DNA of 64,000 nt from Torpedo marmorata (Eukaryota), in the NCBI GenBank assembly GCA_977017645.1, contig OZ360222.1, positions 270,196,001-270,260,000 of the forward strand. The letters run 5' to 3'. Under the pieces are notes generated by a model. The model worked only from the letters and a program-made list of their open reading frames with translations. It did not search any database and was not told the DNA's origin. The position numbers and the translations under genes are program-made. Positions 1-11,300 of this stretch are shown one piece after another (positions within the stretch are counted from its first letter, which is position 1; the number at the start of each line of letters is the position of its first letter).

Positions 1-745
1 TGTCTGCATTTGGAAAGTCAAGGACAGATTAGAGATAGTCAGCATGGGTTTGGGCATGGGAAATCATGTCTCACAAATTTAATTGAGTTTTTTAAAGAGA
101 TTGCCAAGACGATTGATGAGGGCAGGGCAGTGGATCTTGTCACGGGCTCTTGGAAATCAAGTTTCCACTTGGTAGACAGGTCAGGAAGATAAGATCACAA
201 GGTGAGCCAGCCCAAATGGATGCAAAATTGGGTTGGTGGTCAGAGTCAGTGGGTGGTGTGGAGGGTTGTTTTCGGATCGGAGGCCTGTGATCAGTGTTGC
301 GCCACGGGGATCAGTGCTGGCACTGCTGTTGTTCATATATATTAATGACTTGGTGGTATTGTGGACAGAGAAGAAGGTTACAACAAGATCTAGATCAACT
401 ACAAAAGTGGGCAAATGAGATAGAATTTGACTCAGACAAGTGCAAAGTGATGCATTTTGGGAAGCTAAACCAGGGCAGGACAGACACCATGAATGGGGAA
501 TGTTGTAGAACAAAGAGACTTAGGGTACATGTACACAGTTCCCTGTTAGCTTCGACACAGATGGAGAACATAGTGAAGAAGGCATGTGGCACGCTTGCTT
601 TCGTTAGACCAGACATTGTGGACATGAGTCATGTTACAGCTATACAAGGGATTGGCAAGACTACACCTGGAATACTGAGCATGGTTCTAGTCACCATACT
701 ATAGGAAGACTGTGATTAAACTAGAGTGGGTACTGATGTTGCCGG
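1..745 (+). mobile_element. Degraded CR1 LINE ORF2 (RT) fragment
   Basis: [31 protein letters not shown] and KCKVMHFG in shifted frames. Confidence 0.85.
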
Positions 746-749
746 AAAA

Positions 750-1470
750 GTGAAACACAGAAGTCTGCAGACGCTGTGATTATAGCAAAAACACACAGTA
801 AATGCTGGAGGAACTCAGCCGGTCTCGCAGCGTCCATAGGAGGTAAAATATTACCGCCTTTTCAGGCCTGAGCCCTTCTTCAAGGTATAAGCAAAAAGCA
901 GGCAGGCATCTGAATAAAGCCTGGGAGAGGAAGGTGGAAGAATGGCATGGGGAGGAGTCCAGACCAACAAACAAAAGGTGTTAATTGGATATGATAAGAG
1001 GAAAGGTGAGAATTGATTTTGGCTCTGTGAAAGGAGACAGAGGGAAAAGGGAAGAGAGAGAGAGAGATCTAGAGGAAAGGAGACAGGGGTCGAAGATGGG
1101 GGGGAGGGGGGTTTGGGAGGTTAACGGAAACCGGAGAAGTCAATGTTAATACCATCCGGTTGGAGGGTGCCCAGACGGAAGATGAGGTGTTGTTCCTCCA
1201 ATTGTGGGTGGTCTCAGTCTAGCACTGCATGAGACCATGGACAGACATGTCAGCAAGGGAATGGGGTGGGGAATTGAAATAGGTGGCCACTGGGAGATCC
1301 ACGCTATTGCAGTGGACAGAGCCGAGGTGCTCAACAAAGCGATCTCCCAGTCTGCGCCCAGTCTCTCCGATGCAGAGGAGACCATAACGGGAGCACTGGG
1401 TGCAGTAGATGACCCCTGCAAAAGTGGACAGAGCGGAGGTGCTCAACGAAGCGATCTCCCAGTCTGTACC
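750..1470 (-). mobile_element. Penelope-like element 3' fragment (GIY-YIG endonuclease + pseudo-LTR)
   Basis: ORF 1219..1446 [29 protein letters not shown]; terminal repeat 750-890 with a hammerhead-like motif. Confidence 0.85.
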
Positions 1471-2345
1471 CAGAACCTCTGGGACTGGAGGGCTTGAGTT
1501 ACAAGGAGAGATTCTGTCTATCTTGAAGCCTCTTGAATGCTACTCTTGTATCTCCTTCCATCACTACTTCTGGCAGCCTGTTCCAGTTTTGTGAAGCTGT
1601 TTGGTGGGGTGGTGGTAATGGTGAGCATTTTGCTCCAGTTTAAAGCAGCATGGACTAAAACGGGCTGTACATAAGTCAGGGCACTGTTCAATGCAGAGCA
1701 CCTGTCGGGAAATGGCCGCCATGAATGCCCATGGTCTAATTTTGTGTCTGAAATTATTTCACCCAAAAATTATCTCCAACCACAAAAATCAATTGCCATG
1801 GTGGAGTCTCAGTTTGCTCCAATCAGAGCCCGGTCTGTGCCACACTGCTCTCTCTCCGAGAGCAGAGGGACGATGACAAACAACAGAACATAGTCACGCT
1901 GGAGCTGACAGCTGAAGACACCAGCGTGGCCAACAGGAATCAGACCACTGCCATCCGGAATCGATCCGGTGTGTTGGCATGAGGGGCAGGTTGCGTTACA
2001 CCAGGTTATAGTCCCAGTGATGTTTGATCAAGGGATGACACGTGTGTCATTGTGAAGGTGGGAGTGTTCTGTCCTCTCTCATCTTTTCTCTTGCCACTGA
2101 GTGGGACACTGAGTGGGGCAGGCTGTACAAACCAAGCTGCAATGTTGACACAAACGGTGACCTCAAAGGTAAATAGCTCCGATGAGTATATACCTGTAGT
2201 TTGTAGCTTTTCATTGAGTGAGATAGTAAAAAATCTTATATATTTGAATAAAGTCATCCCAAATTCCAAGGTATGCAGACCCAAATTGTCTAGCCTCTCT
2301 TCAGAAGACAACCAGCCACATTTCCTTGAACAGGCTGAAGTGGTC

Positions 2346-2491
2346 TTTGCTTATACCTTGAAGAAGGGCTCAGGCCCAAAACGTCAGTAATATATCTTTA
2401 CCTCCTATGGATGCTATGAGACCGGCTGAGTTCCTCCAGAATTTCTGTGTTTTTACTACAATCACAGCGTCTGCAGACTTTCCTGTTTCAC
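2346..2491 (+). mobile_element. Penelope-like pseudo-LTR (inverted relative to 750-895)
   Basis: Near reverse complement of 750-895. Confidence 0.8.
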
Positions 2492-2773
2492 GCAGTGTCA
2501 CTTCTGCCAGCCAGAAGCCAGAAGTGGGAATTTGGTCCCAGATAATTTAAGGGCTGAAAAGGTTTCCATCAAGCTAAGGGGCATCAGGGATTTAGCATGG
2601 GAGCAACAAAATGCTTCAGTGAGATCTGTGCCACTGATAGGAATGGCTAGGAGGTTAGGAAGTCCAGGGTGACCTTGTCTACCATAGGTGGAGCTAAAAA
2701 GGCATGGACACAGAGCTCAGCCCGCAAGGTCCTGCCTCTGACACCTGTCTATTAGCTCATTAGTGGACCAGCC

Positions 2774-2806
2774 ATGGAAATTGGAAAAATAAACACCTCC
2801 ATCAAT
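2774..2806 (+). CDS. Candidate first coding exon (MEIGKINTSIN)
   Basis: Good Kozak context gccATGg, 11 codons, then a phase-0 donor AAT|gtatgt compatible with the phase-0 exon at 5213; lies in non-repeat sequence. No homology support. Confidence 0.35.
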
Positions 2807-3456
2807 GTATGTGAGAAACCTTTATAACTTGTCTCGTAAGTCTTCAGGATGCTTCTGATGTCCAGTTGAAGCAGACCACAGAAGTAAATGGAAAGTAACC
2901 CCTCAATTATTACAGATCTCAGAATGGATCAGTGGGAATATGAGTTTCCTGCTTGCTTTCCTTTTGCTCAAAGATTCTATGCAACGCAAATGGATTTTTT
3001 GGTTCTTCTTTCCTCCTTAAAACGGGTCAGATTGAAAGCATAGATCAGGAGAGCCTAGTTTACAGGAGGAACTGTTCTGGGTTAAAAGTGTCCGCTGGCT
3101 CTTGCAAGGGAGATGTATTAATCAGTATAACCATTGCACTAGTAAAGCCTCCGTTTAAGTTATTTACTTGGACAGGAGTCATGATGAACTTATTAGTCAC
3201 TATTTAAATGAAAAATAGCAAACTATTGACAGAAATGGGTGGGAAGATGTTAACACAGATCCCTTTGTTTTTAAGTGTTTGGCATTTAATTTTAGGTAGA
3301 GATAGAGAGATACAACATGGAAACTGGCCCTTCGGCCCACCAAATCCCTGCTGTCCATCAAGTACTCATTTTTACACTACTCCAACCCTAATCCATCTTA
3401 TTCTGACCAACACACCACCCTTCCTGTAACTCACCTACACACTAGAGGCAATTAGC

Positions 3457-3789
3457 ACAATGCTGGAGAAACTCACTGTTCAAACAGTGCACATTATGTA
3501 GCAAAGATAAAGATACATAGCCAACATTTCAGGCTGATCAGATCAGCCATGATCTTATTGAATGGCAGAGCAGGCTCGATGGGCCGGTTGACCTACTCCT
3601 GTTTCTACTTTCTTATGTTCTTATGTTCATTAAGGTATGGACAAAACCTTGATGAAGGGCTCAAGCCTGAAATGTTGGTTATGTATCTTTATATTTGCTA
3701 TATAAAGTACACTGTTTGACCTGATGAGTTTCTCCAGCATTGTGTTTTTACTTCAACAACGGTGTCAGCAGACTATCGTGTTTCACTCG
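3457..3789. mobile_element. Inverted pair of Penelope pseudo-LTRs with a nested CR1 3' tail (~3538-3628)
   Basis: 3457-3537 is the reverse complement of ~3665-3743; insert ends in (ttcttatg)n, matching the CR1 tail at 32561-32670. Confidence 0.75.
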
Positions 3790-5212
3790 AGGCAATTTAT
3801 ACTGGCTAATCAATGTACTAGCCCACACATTTTTGGGATGTGGGAGAAAACCGGAGCACCAGGAAGAAATCCACACAGTCACGAAAGGAGCATGCAAACT
3901 CCACACAGACAACACCAGAGACCAGGACTGAAGCCAAGTCACTAGAGCTGTGAGGTAGTGACTCTACTTGTATCACTGTGCCATCCTGTGTTTAAAGGAT
4001 GTCCTGCACTTACCTGAGCTTTACATTGGATTGTAGCAAGGGGTTAGGGAGCCAGGAATCCACAGTTCCCACCTCTCAGTCGCTGAGTGGGAATTGTGCT
4101 GTGGATGATGTGACTCCACTGGAATTTTATTCAAGTTAGATATAACCAAGATCAGCAATGAAGCAGCTCGGATGAGCGCAGGTGACAAAATGTCACACGG
4201 CCTATCCACCAAAGAGCAAACTCAACCAGACCACCTTCAACGTGTCCAATTTGGCAACTGGACTCCTGCATGAAAGGGTGAATTGTTCAGACTCCCACAT
4301 TTCTTTACTGTGTCCCAAGGCCAAAGACTTGCTTGGAAATGTCCTTCAGGCCTCAGATTCCGCCTGTCTAATTAGGTGGAGTCATTTGGGAGTTAAGTGT
4401 ATTTGTAGCAGAGGGAGTAAGAACCTGGAACCTTTTCTTCATCTTAACAATGCCTGTCCCGAATCCAAGAGGGATCTTCCAGCACCGTGCCCTGGAATTT
4501 GGAGACCAAGCATTATTCACTGCTCAGACCACCTTCCATCACCTGACGTAACTCTTTGCTTTTCGAAAATGTGGGGAGAAGTCTCAGAATCCTGTAATGA
4601 TTCATGTACAATATAATCTTTATTATCTGCCAATAAATGGGAAGCCATTGAGGACTAAGATGAGAGAAACATTTTTCACGCAGCGGGCAACTTGGAGAGA
4701 AAGCTTCCTGATTGTATCGGAGGTTCGGACCTGGGAGCTCAGGTTAGCCAATAGATCGGACTGGAGGCCATGTGACTGCAGTGGTTGCAGGAGCACTAGT
4801 GGCAGGCAAAAGTTGACGAATGTTGTGCTTTTTTACATGACAACAAAGGAATCTTGAATGAACCCGTGGAATTCTGAGTCCTCGTGTTTTTGTGAAAAGA
4901 GATCGATAAATTATTGGGCGTTTCAGGAACTAAGGGATATGAGGAGAGTGTGCAGGAAAATGGTGCTGAGATAGGAGATTAGTTGTGATGGTGAATGGTG
5001 GAGCAGGCTTGAAGGGTTGCACGGAGTTAAACAAGAAAGTCTGCAGATGTTGGTACACAAACGATCTGGAGAAACTCAGCAGGTCATGCAGCATCCACGG
5101 GAAGTAAAGGGTAACCAACATTTGGGCTGGGCCCTTAGTCAAAGGCCTCATACAGTCTGTGTGCTTTTATTCAGCTCTCAGCAATAATCACAACTAATGT
5201 TTTAATTTGCAG

Positions 5213-5311
5213 TTTCTGCAAAGGAACTTTTTCTTGTTCATTTTCGTGGTGGGAATCGGTGGGAGTTTCCAATTTGGGTTCAACGTATCTTCCATCAATG
5301 TACCGTCAGAG
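5213..5311 (+). CDS. SLC2A11: GLUT11-like exon, TM1 ([33 protein letters not shown])
   Basis: ttgcag acceptor, GAG|gtaagc donor, GGSFQFG motif. Confidence 0.9.
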
Positions 5312-8300
5312 GTAAGCCGGACATCCCCTCACGTGCACTCTTCCTGACACACTCCATGGTGCTTCCACTCTGCTGCTCCTGATATTGGGAAGGAAGGTTG
5401 CCTGTTGGTTATAACATATATAACAATTACAGCACGGAAACAGGCCATTAGGCCCTTCCAGTCCGCACCGAACCAAACATTCCTATCTAGTCCCGCCTAC
5501 CTGCACCCTGCCCATAACCCTCCACTTCCTTCTCATCCATATACTTGTCCAACTTTTTCTTAAATAATAAAATTGACTCTGCCGCCACTACTTCTCCCGG
5601 AAGCTCATTCCACACCGCTACCACTCTCTGAGTAAAGAAGTTCCCCCTCATGTTACCTCTAAACCTCTGCCCCTTAACTCTTAGCTCATGTCCTCTTGTT
5701 TCAATCTCTCCTATTCTTAATGGAAATAGTCTATCCACATCCACTCTGTCTATCCCTTTCATAATCTTAAATACCTCTATCAAATCCCCTCTCAACCTTC
5801 TACGCTCCAAAGAATAAAGACCTAATCTGCTCAATCTCTCCTTGTACTCTAGATTCTTAAACCCAGGTAACATTCTGGTAAACCTTCTGATATGCCTATC
5901 AATGACTTACGCAAGGCAAGAAGTACTGGAGATCAACAGGCTTTTATTAACAGTAATTCAGGCCAGGGCCAAGCTACATTAGACCTGTCCATACCTGCTG
6001 GACTGTCCCGGAACTGAGGGTGGAGTCAGTGGCTCAAGGCCTTTATTCCAGGGGAGAGGGGGAGGAGTCACCGGGACAGACAGACAGGACATGATCAGGC
6101 TTGCCCCTAGCCCATAGTATACAACATATACAACAGTGGTACAACAGTGGTTTACCACATTCACCCCTTCTTTTAAAACAAGTCCGAGGGGGGGGGGGCG
6201 CGAAGTGGCCACCGTAATTAATAAATCACACAGTTATCCCGCGTGCACACAAATATATACAAATATTATCTACATAGTAGGGTTGCCGCAACCATCACAT
6301 CTACAGGTTGAGTCTATCCGGCGGTCGGGCTCGCCGCTGCGACCTACGTAAGACCTGCGGTGACGGCGCGGGCGATGATGGTAGTTGTGGTTGTGGAACG
6401 AGGGTGGGGGGGTCCGGGTCCGGGTTGCCTCCTGCCTGGCTTGTGGCTCGTCCAGCTCTGGCTGAGGCGTTGTACCCGCCGTGCTGGGAGGCGGGGAGGG
6501 CGGAGGGAGCAGCTGTGACCAGGCGTTCCCACTGTCGGGGACCTCTTCCAACGCTCCTGCAGGCGCCAGGTCCCGTATTGATACCGTGTCTTCCCGCCCG
6601 TCAGGGAAGACCACGAATGCGTACTGCGGGTTCGCATGGGTCAGCTGCACCCTCTCGACTAAGGGCTCGTACTTGCTACTCCGAAGGTGTTTGCGGAGTA
6701 GCACCGGTCCCGGGGACGTCAGCCAGGCAGGGAGGGTAGTTCCGGTGGTCGATTTTCTAGGGAAGGAAAAGAGGCGTTCGTGAGGGGTAGTGTTTGTGGA
6801 GGTACATAACAGGGATCGTATAGAGTGGAGGGCGTCCGGGAGAACCTCTTGCCAGCGGGCCACTGGCCACCCTTTTGATTTCAGGGCCAGTAGCGTAGCT
6901 GTCCATACAGTGGCATTCTCCCTCTCCACCTGTCCGTTTCCCCGTGGGTTGTACCCCGTGGTTCTACTGGTGGCGATGCCTCGGGTCTGCAAGTACTGCC
7001 GCAGTTCCTCACTCATGAACGCGGATCCCCGGTCGCTATGGACATAGCAGGGGAACCCGAATAAGGTGAATACCTGGCGCAGAGCTTTAATAGCCGAGGC
7101 CGCCGAGGTATCGGGGCAGGGGATAGCAAAGGGGAACCGCGAGTACTCGTCGATAATATTAAGAAAGTACACATTGTGGTTCGTGGAGGGAAGGGGGCCC
7201 TTGAAGTCGATACTGAGACGTTCAAAAGGGCGGGTGGCCTTGACCAGCTGTGCCTTGTCGGGGCGGTAGAACTGTGGTTTGCATTCCGCACAGACTCGGC
7301 AGCTGCTGATCATGGTCCTGGCCTCTTCCAGGGAGTATGGCAGGTTCCGTGACTTCACGAAGTGAAAGAGCCTGGTAACTCCTGGGTGGCAGAGGTCGTC
7401 ATGTAGGGAGTATAACCGGTCGATCTGCGCGCTGGCGCACGATCCCCGGGATAGAGCATCGGAGGGCTCGTTGAGCTTCCCGGGCCGGTAAAGGATGTCG
7501 TAATTGTAGGTGGAGAGTTCTATTCTCCACCTCATGATTTTATCATTTTTGATTTTACCCCGCTGCTGGTTGTTAAACATGAATGCGACGGAGCTCTGGT
7601 CCGTCAGCAGGGTAAAATGTTTTCCGGCGAGATAGAGCCTCCAGTGCTGAATAGCCTCAACTATGGCCTGGGCCTCTTTCTCTACCGCGGAGTGCCGAAT
7701 TTCGGGGCCTTGCAGGGTGCGTGAGAAAAACCCTACCGGTCTTCCCACCTGGTTGAGGGTAGCAGCCAGTGCAAAGTCCGATGCGTCACTCTCCACCTGA
7801 AAAGGTACCGACTCGTCCACCGCGTGCATCGCTGCTCAGGCGATGTCCCCTTTTATGAGGTCGAAAGCCTCACGTGCCTCCGCTGCCAGGGGAAACTTGG
7901 TGGACTTGACGAGGGGTCGGGCTTTGTCGGTGTAGTTTGGGACCCACTGCGCATAATACGAGAAGAACCCAAGGCTTCGTTTAAGGGCTTTGGGGATATG
8001 GGGAATCGGAAGTTGGTCGGGGTCGGGTCCAATCACCCCGTTCTCCACGACGCACCCCAGGATAGCGAGTCGGGTAGTCCCGAACACGCATTTCTCCTTG
8101 TTATATGTGAGGTTCAGCGTCTTGGCCGCCTGCAGGAACTTCCGAAGGTTCCTATCATGGTCCTGGCGATCATGACCGCAAATGGTAATGTCGTCCAGGT
8201 ACGGGAAGGTGGCTGTTAGTTTGAACTGGTCAACGATCCTGTCCATCTCCCGTTGAAACACAGATACCCCGTTTGTTACCACGAAGGGGACGTGCAGGAA

Positions 8301-11300
8301 ATGGAATAACCTGCCGTCCGCCTCGAAAGCGGTGTACTCTCGGTCTTCCCGGCGAATCAGTTGCGTGAACCTGTTAATGGTTTGACTGTAGTCCACCACC
8401 ATCCGGCTCTTGGCCCCGTTCTTCACTACGACTACCTGAGCTCTCCAGGGGCTGTTACTGGGTGCGATGATCCCTTCCCCCAGTAGACGATGCACCTCCG
8501 CTTTAATGAATGCCCTGTCCCCTGCACTGTATCGCCTACTTTTAGTTGCCATAGGCTTACAGTCAGGGGTCAGGTTGGCGAAAAGTGACGGGGATTGGAT
8601 CTTCAGCGTGGAGAGACCACAGGTAGTTTGGGGCGTATTGCTCAAATACTGGGGGTTAGTCACTACGATCGAAGGGTGGGGCCCATCATAGTGCATGGTG
8701 ACGCTTCGCATGTGGCTTTGGAAGTCCAGTCCCAGCAATACAGGAGCACACAAACGGGGCATGACTAACAACGAAAACCCCCGATATTTCGTGCCCTGTA
8801 CCACTATGTTCGCCACACAACCCCCCCCGGATGTCTGTTGTGTGTGTTCCAGACGCCATGGCCACCCTTTGGCTTACCGGTACAATTGTGAGGCCACAGC
8901 GCTGGACGGTGTCCGGATGAATAAAACTTTCAGTACTACCTCTGTCGAACAGGCAGGTAGTCTTATGCCCCTCAACTAATATGTCAATCATCGATCTGGA
9001 CAGCTGATGGGGCGCGCTCTGATCCAGCGTCACGGATGCCAGGGTCGGGACGTAGTCTTGATCCGACGTGCCGTCTTGATCCGACGCTGACGAAGATGGT
9101 TGCCCCCGTAGGTCGCACGTGTCGCTGCAAGATGGCGGCGCCGGAAGTGCTGGAAGTGCCGCGGTGAGGCTATAAAATGGCCGCGCCGGAAGTGACGGTG
9201 TCGGAAGTGCCGGGGGCCAAGATGGCCACCTCCATTCCTCGCACGAGGTCACCGCCGGAAGTGACGACAGGTAAGATGGCCGCTCCCTTACTTCGCACGC
9301 GGCGCTGCTCAGACCCGCACGCGGCTTGGAGCGGCAGGCCTTAGCGTAGTGGCCTTTCTTGCCGCAGCTAGAACAAGTCGCGTCTCGGGCCGGGCAGCGT
9401 TTGCGTGGGTGTTTGTCGAGCCCGCAGAAGTAACACTTCTCGGGCTCCCGGGTAACGGCCGCGGCGGTTAACTCACGGATGGCGTTGGCGGGCTCCCGGG
9501 TAGCGGCGGTGGCGGCCAACTCACGGATAGCGGTGGCGGCGGCGATCGGGTCGTGGTAGACGGCAGCGGCAGTCACGTCGCTTGCAGAGCTGGCGGTTGG
9601 GGCGATCCACGAGGCAGGCTGCGCCTGCATAGCGTCAGAGTCCCTGAGCGCAGCCTCCAGTGTGAGGGCCGTCTGGACGGTAGATTTAAGGGTCAGGTCA
9701 GCTTGTTCCAGCAATCGCTGGTGAATGTAAACCGACCTGAGCCCCATAATAAACGTGTCCCTTGCCAACAGTTCAGCGTGCTGCTCAGCCGTCAGGGCTC
9801 GGCAATCGCACGCCCGCACCAGTAGCTGCACGTCCTGGATTTACTCGGAGATCGACTCTCCGGGTCGCTGGCGCTGTTGCGATAACCTGTGCCTCGCGTA
9901 GACCGCGTTCACAGGCGTCAGGTACAGTCTTTTAAGGGCTCCCAAGGCATCATTGTACGTTTGACAGTCTCTGACGGTGTTATACACCCGTGGGCTTACC
10001 CTAGACATGAGGATGTCGAGTTTGTCTTCGTCGCTGACCGCTCTGGTCGACCTCAGGAACAGTCTGAAGCAGCGTAGCCAGAGTTCAAAGGTACTTGCGG
10101 CGTCTTGGGCCAGGGGGTCGATGTCTAGCTTGTCTGGCCTCAAAAAATTCTCCATCAGACCTAAAACTGTTAATAAAATTGATATGCCTATCAATTACTT
10201 ACGCAAGGCAAGAAGTACTGGAGATCAACAGGCTTTTATTAACAGTAATTCAGGCCAGGGCCAAGCTACATTAGACCTGTCCATACCTGCTGGACTGTCC
10301 CGGAACTGAGGGTGGAGTCAGTGGCTCAAGGCCTTTATTCCAGGGGAGAGGGGGAGGAGTCACCGGGACAGACAGGCAGGACATGATCAGGCTTTCCCCT
10401 AGCCCATAGTATACAACATATACAACAGTGGTACAACAGTGGTTTACCACACCTTCTCTGCACTCTCTCCACTCTGTTGATATCCTTCCTATAATTTGGG
10501 GACCAGAACTGCACACAGAACTCTAAACTAGGCCGCACCAACGCCTCAAAATTTATACCTAAAGACTGCACCTTCCTAACTAACCTTCCATGAGGTACCT
10601 TATCGAAGGCCTTACTGGTCCATATAGACAACATCCACTGCGCTACCCTCATCCACATTCCTAGTCACCTCTTCAAAAAATTCAATCAGATTGGTCAAAC
10701 AGGACCTTCCGCTCACAAATCCGTGTTGAGTGTTCCTGATCAGACCCTGTCTATCCAGATATTTATAAGTACTATCTCTAAGAACTTTCTCCATTAATTT
10801 ACCTACCACAGACATCAAACTTACAGGCCGATAATTGCCAGGCTTCCTCCTTGAACCCTTTTTAAATAACGGAACCACATGCGCAATACGCCAATCCTCC
10901 GGCACTATCCCCATCTCTAATGACATTTGGAAAATCACCGTCAGAGCCTCTGCTATTTCCTCCCTTATTTCTCTCAAGGTCCTGGGGAAGATCCCGTCGG
11001 GTCCCGGAGACTTATCCACCTTTATATGCCTCAAAAGCCCTAACACTACATCTTTCGTAATCACTATATTCTCCATATTTACCCAATTTGCTTTTTTTAT
11101 GATCCAAGGCTCAGAGACATTGGCTCAAATCCACCCAACCACAAGGCTCAACTCATCTGTCCATGGTGGAAATTATTAAAATACTGTAACATCATAAAAA
11201 GACAGACAGTTGAATTATATCACTTTGGGACAGAAAGTTACTGTCTTAACCCATCTGGCCTATTTGTAACTCCAAGTCAATAATAACAATGTCAATTCTT

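Larger units (their letters stand above)
5888..10451 (-). mobile_element. Gypsy LTR retrotransposon (Mag-like gag), both LTRs present, defective pol
   Basis: 272-bp TG...CA LTRs 5888-6159 and 10180-10451, 5-bp TSD CCTTC, PPT next to the left LTR. gag with CxxC..H..CPA..CxxCGKKGH..C knuckles; protease LFDRGS; RT YLDD; RNase H ESDASD; integrase HHCC + DDE (IDFKGP, HSDRG, GQVERE). Confidence 0.97.
5411..11095 (-). mobile_element. 5'-truncated CR1 LINE interrupted by Gypsy provirus (5411-5887 and 10452-11095)
   Basis: ORFs 10612..11076 ([18 protein letters not shown]) and 5487..5873 ([15 protein letters not shown]); host sequence resumes across the TSD. Confidence 0.92.
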
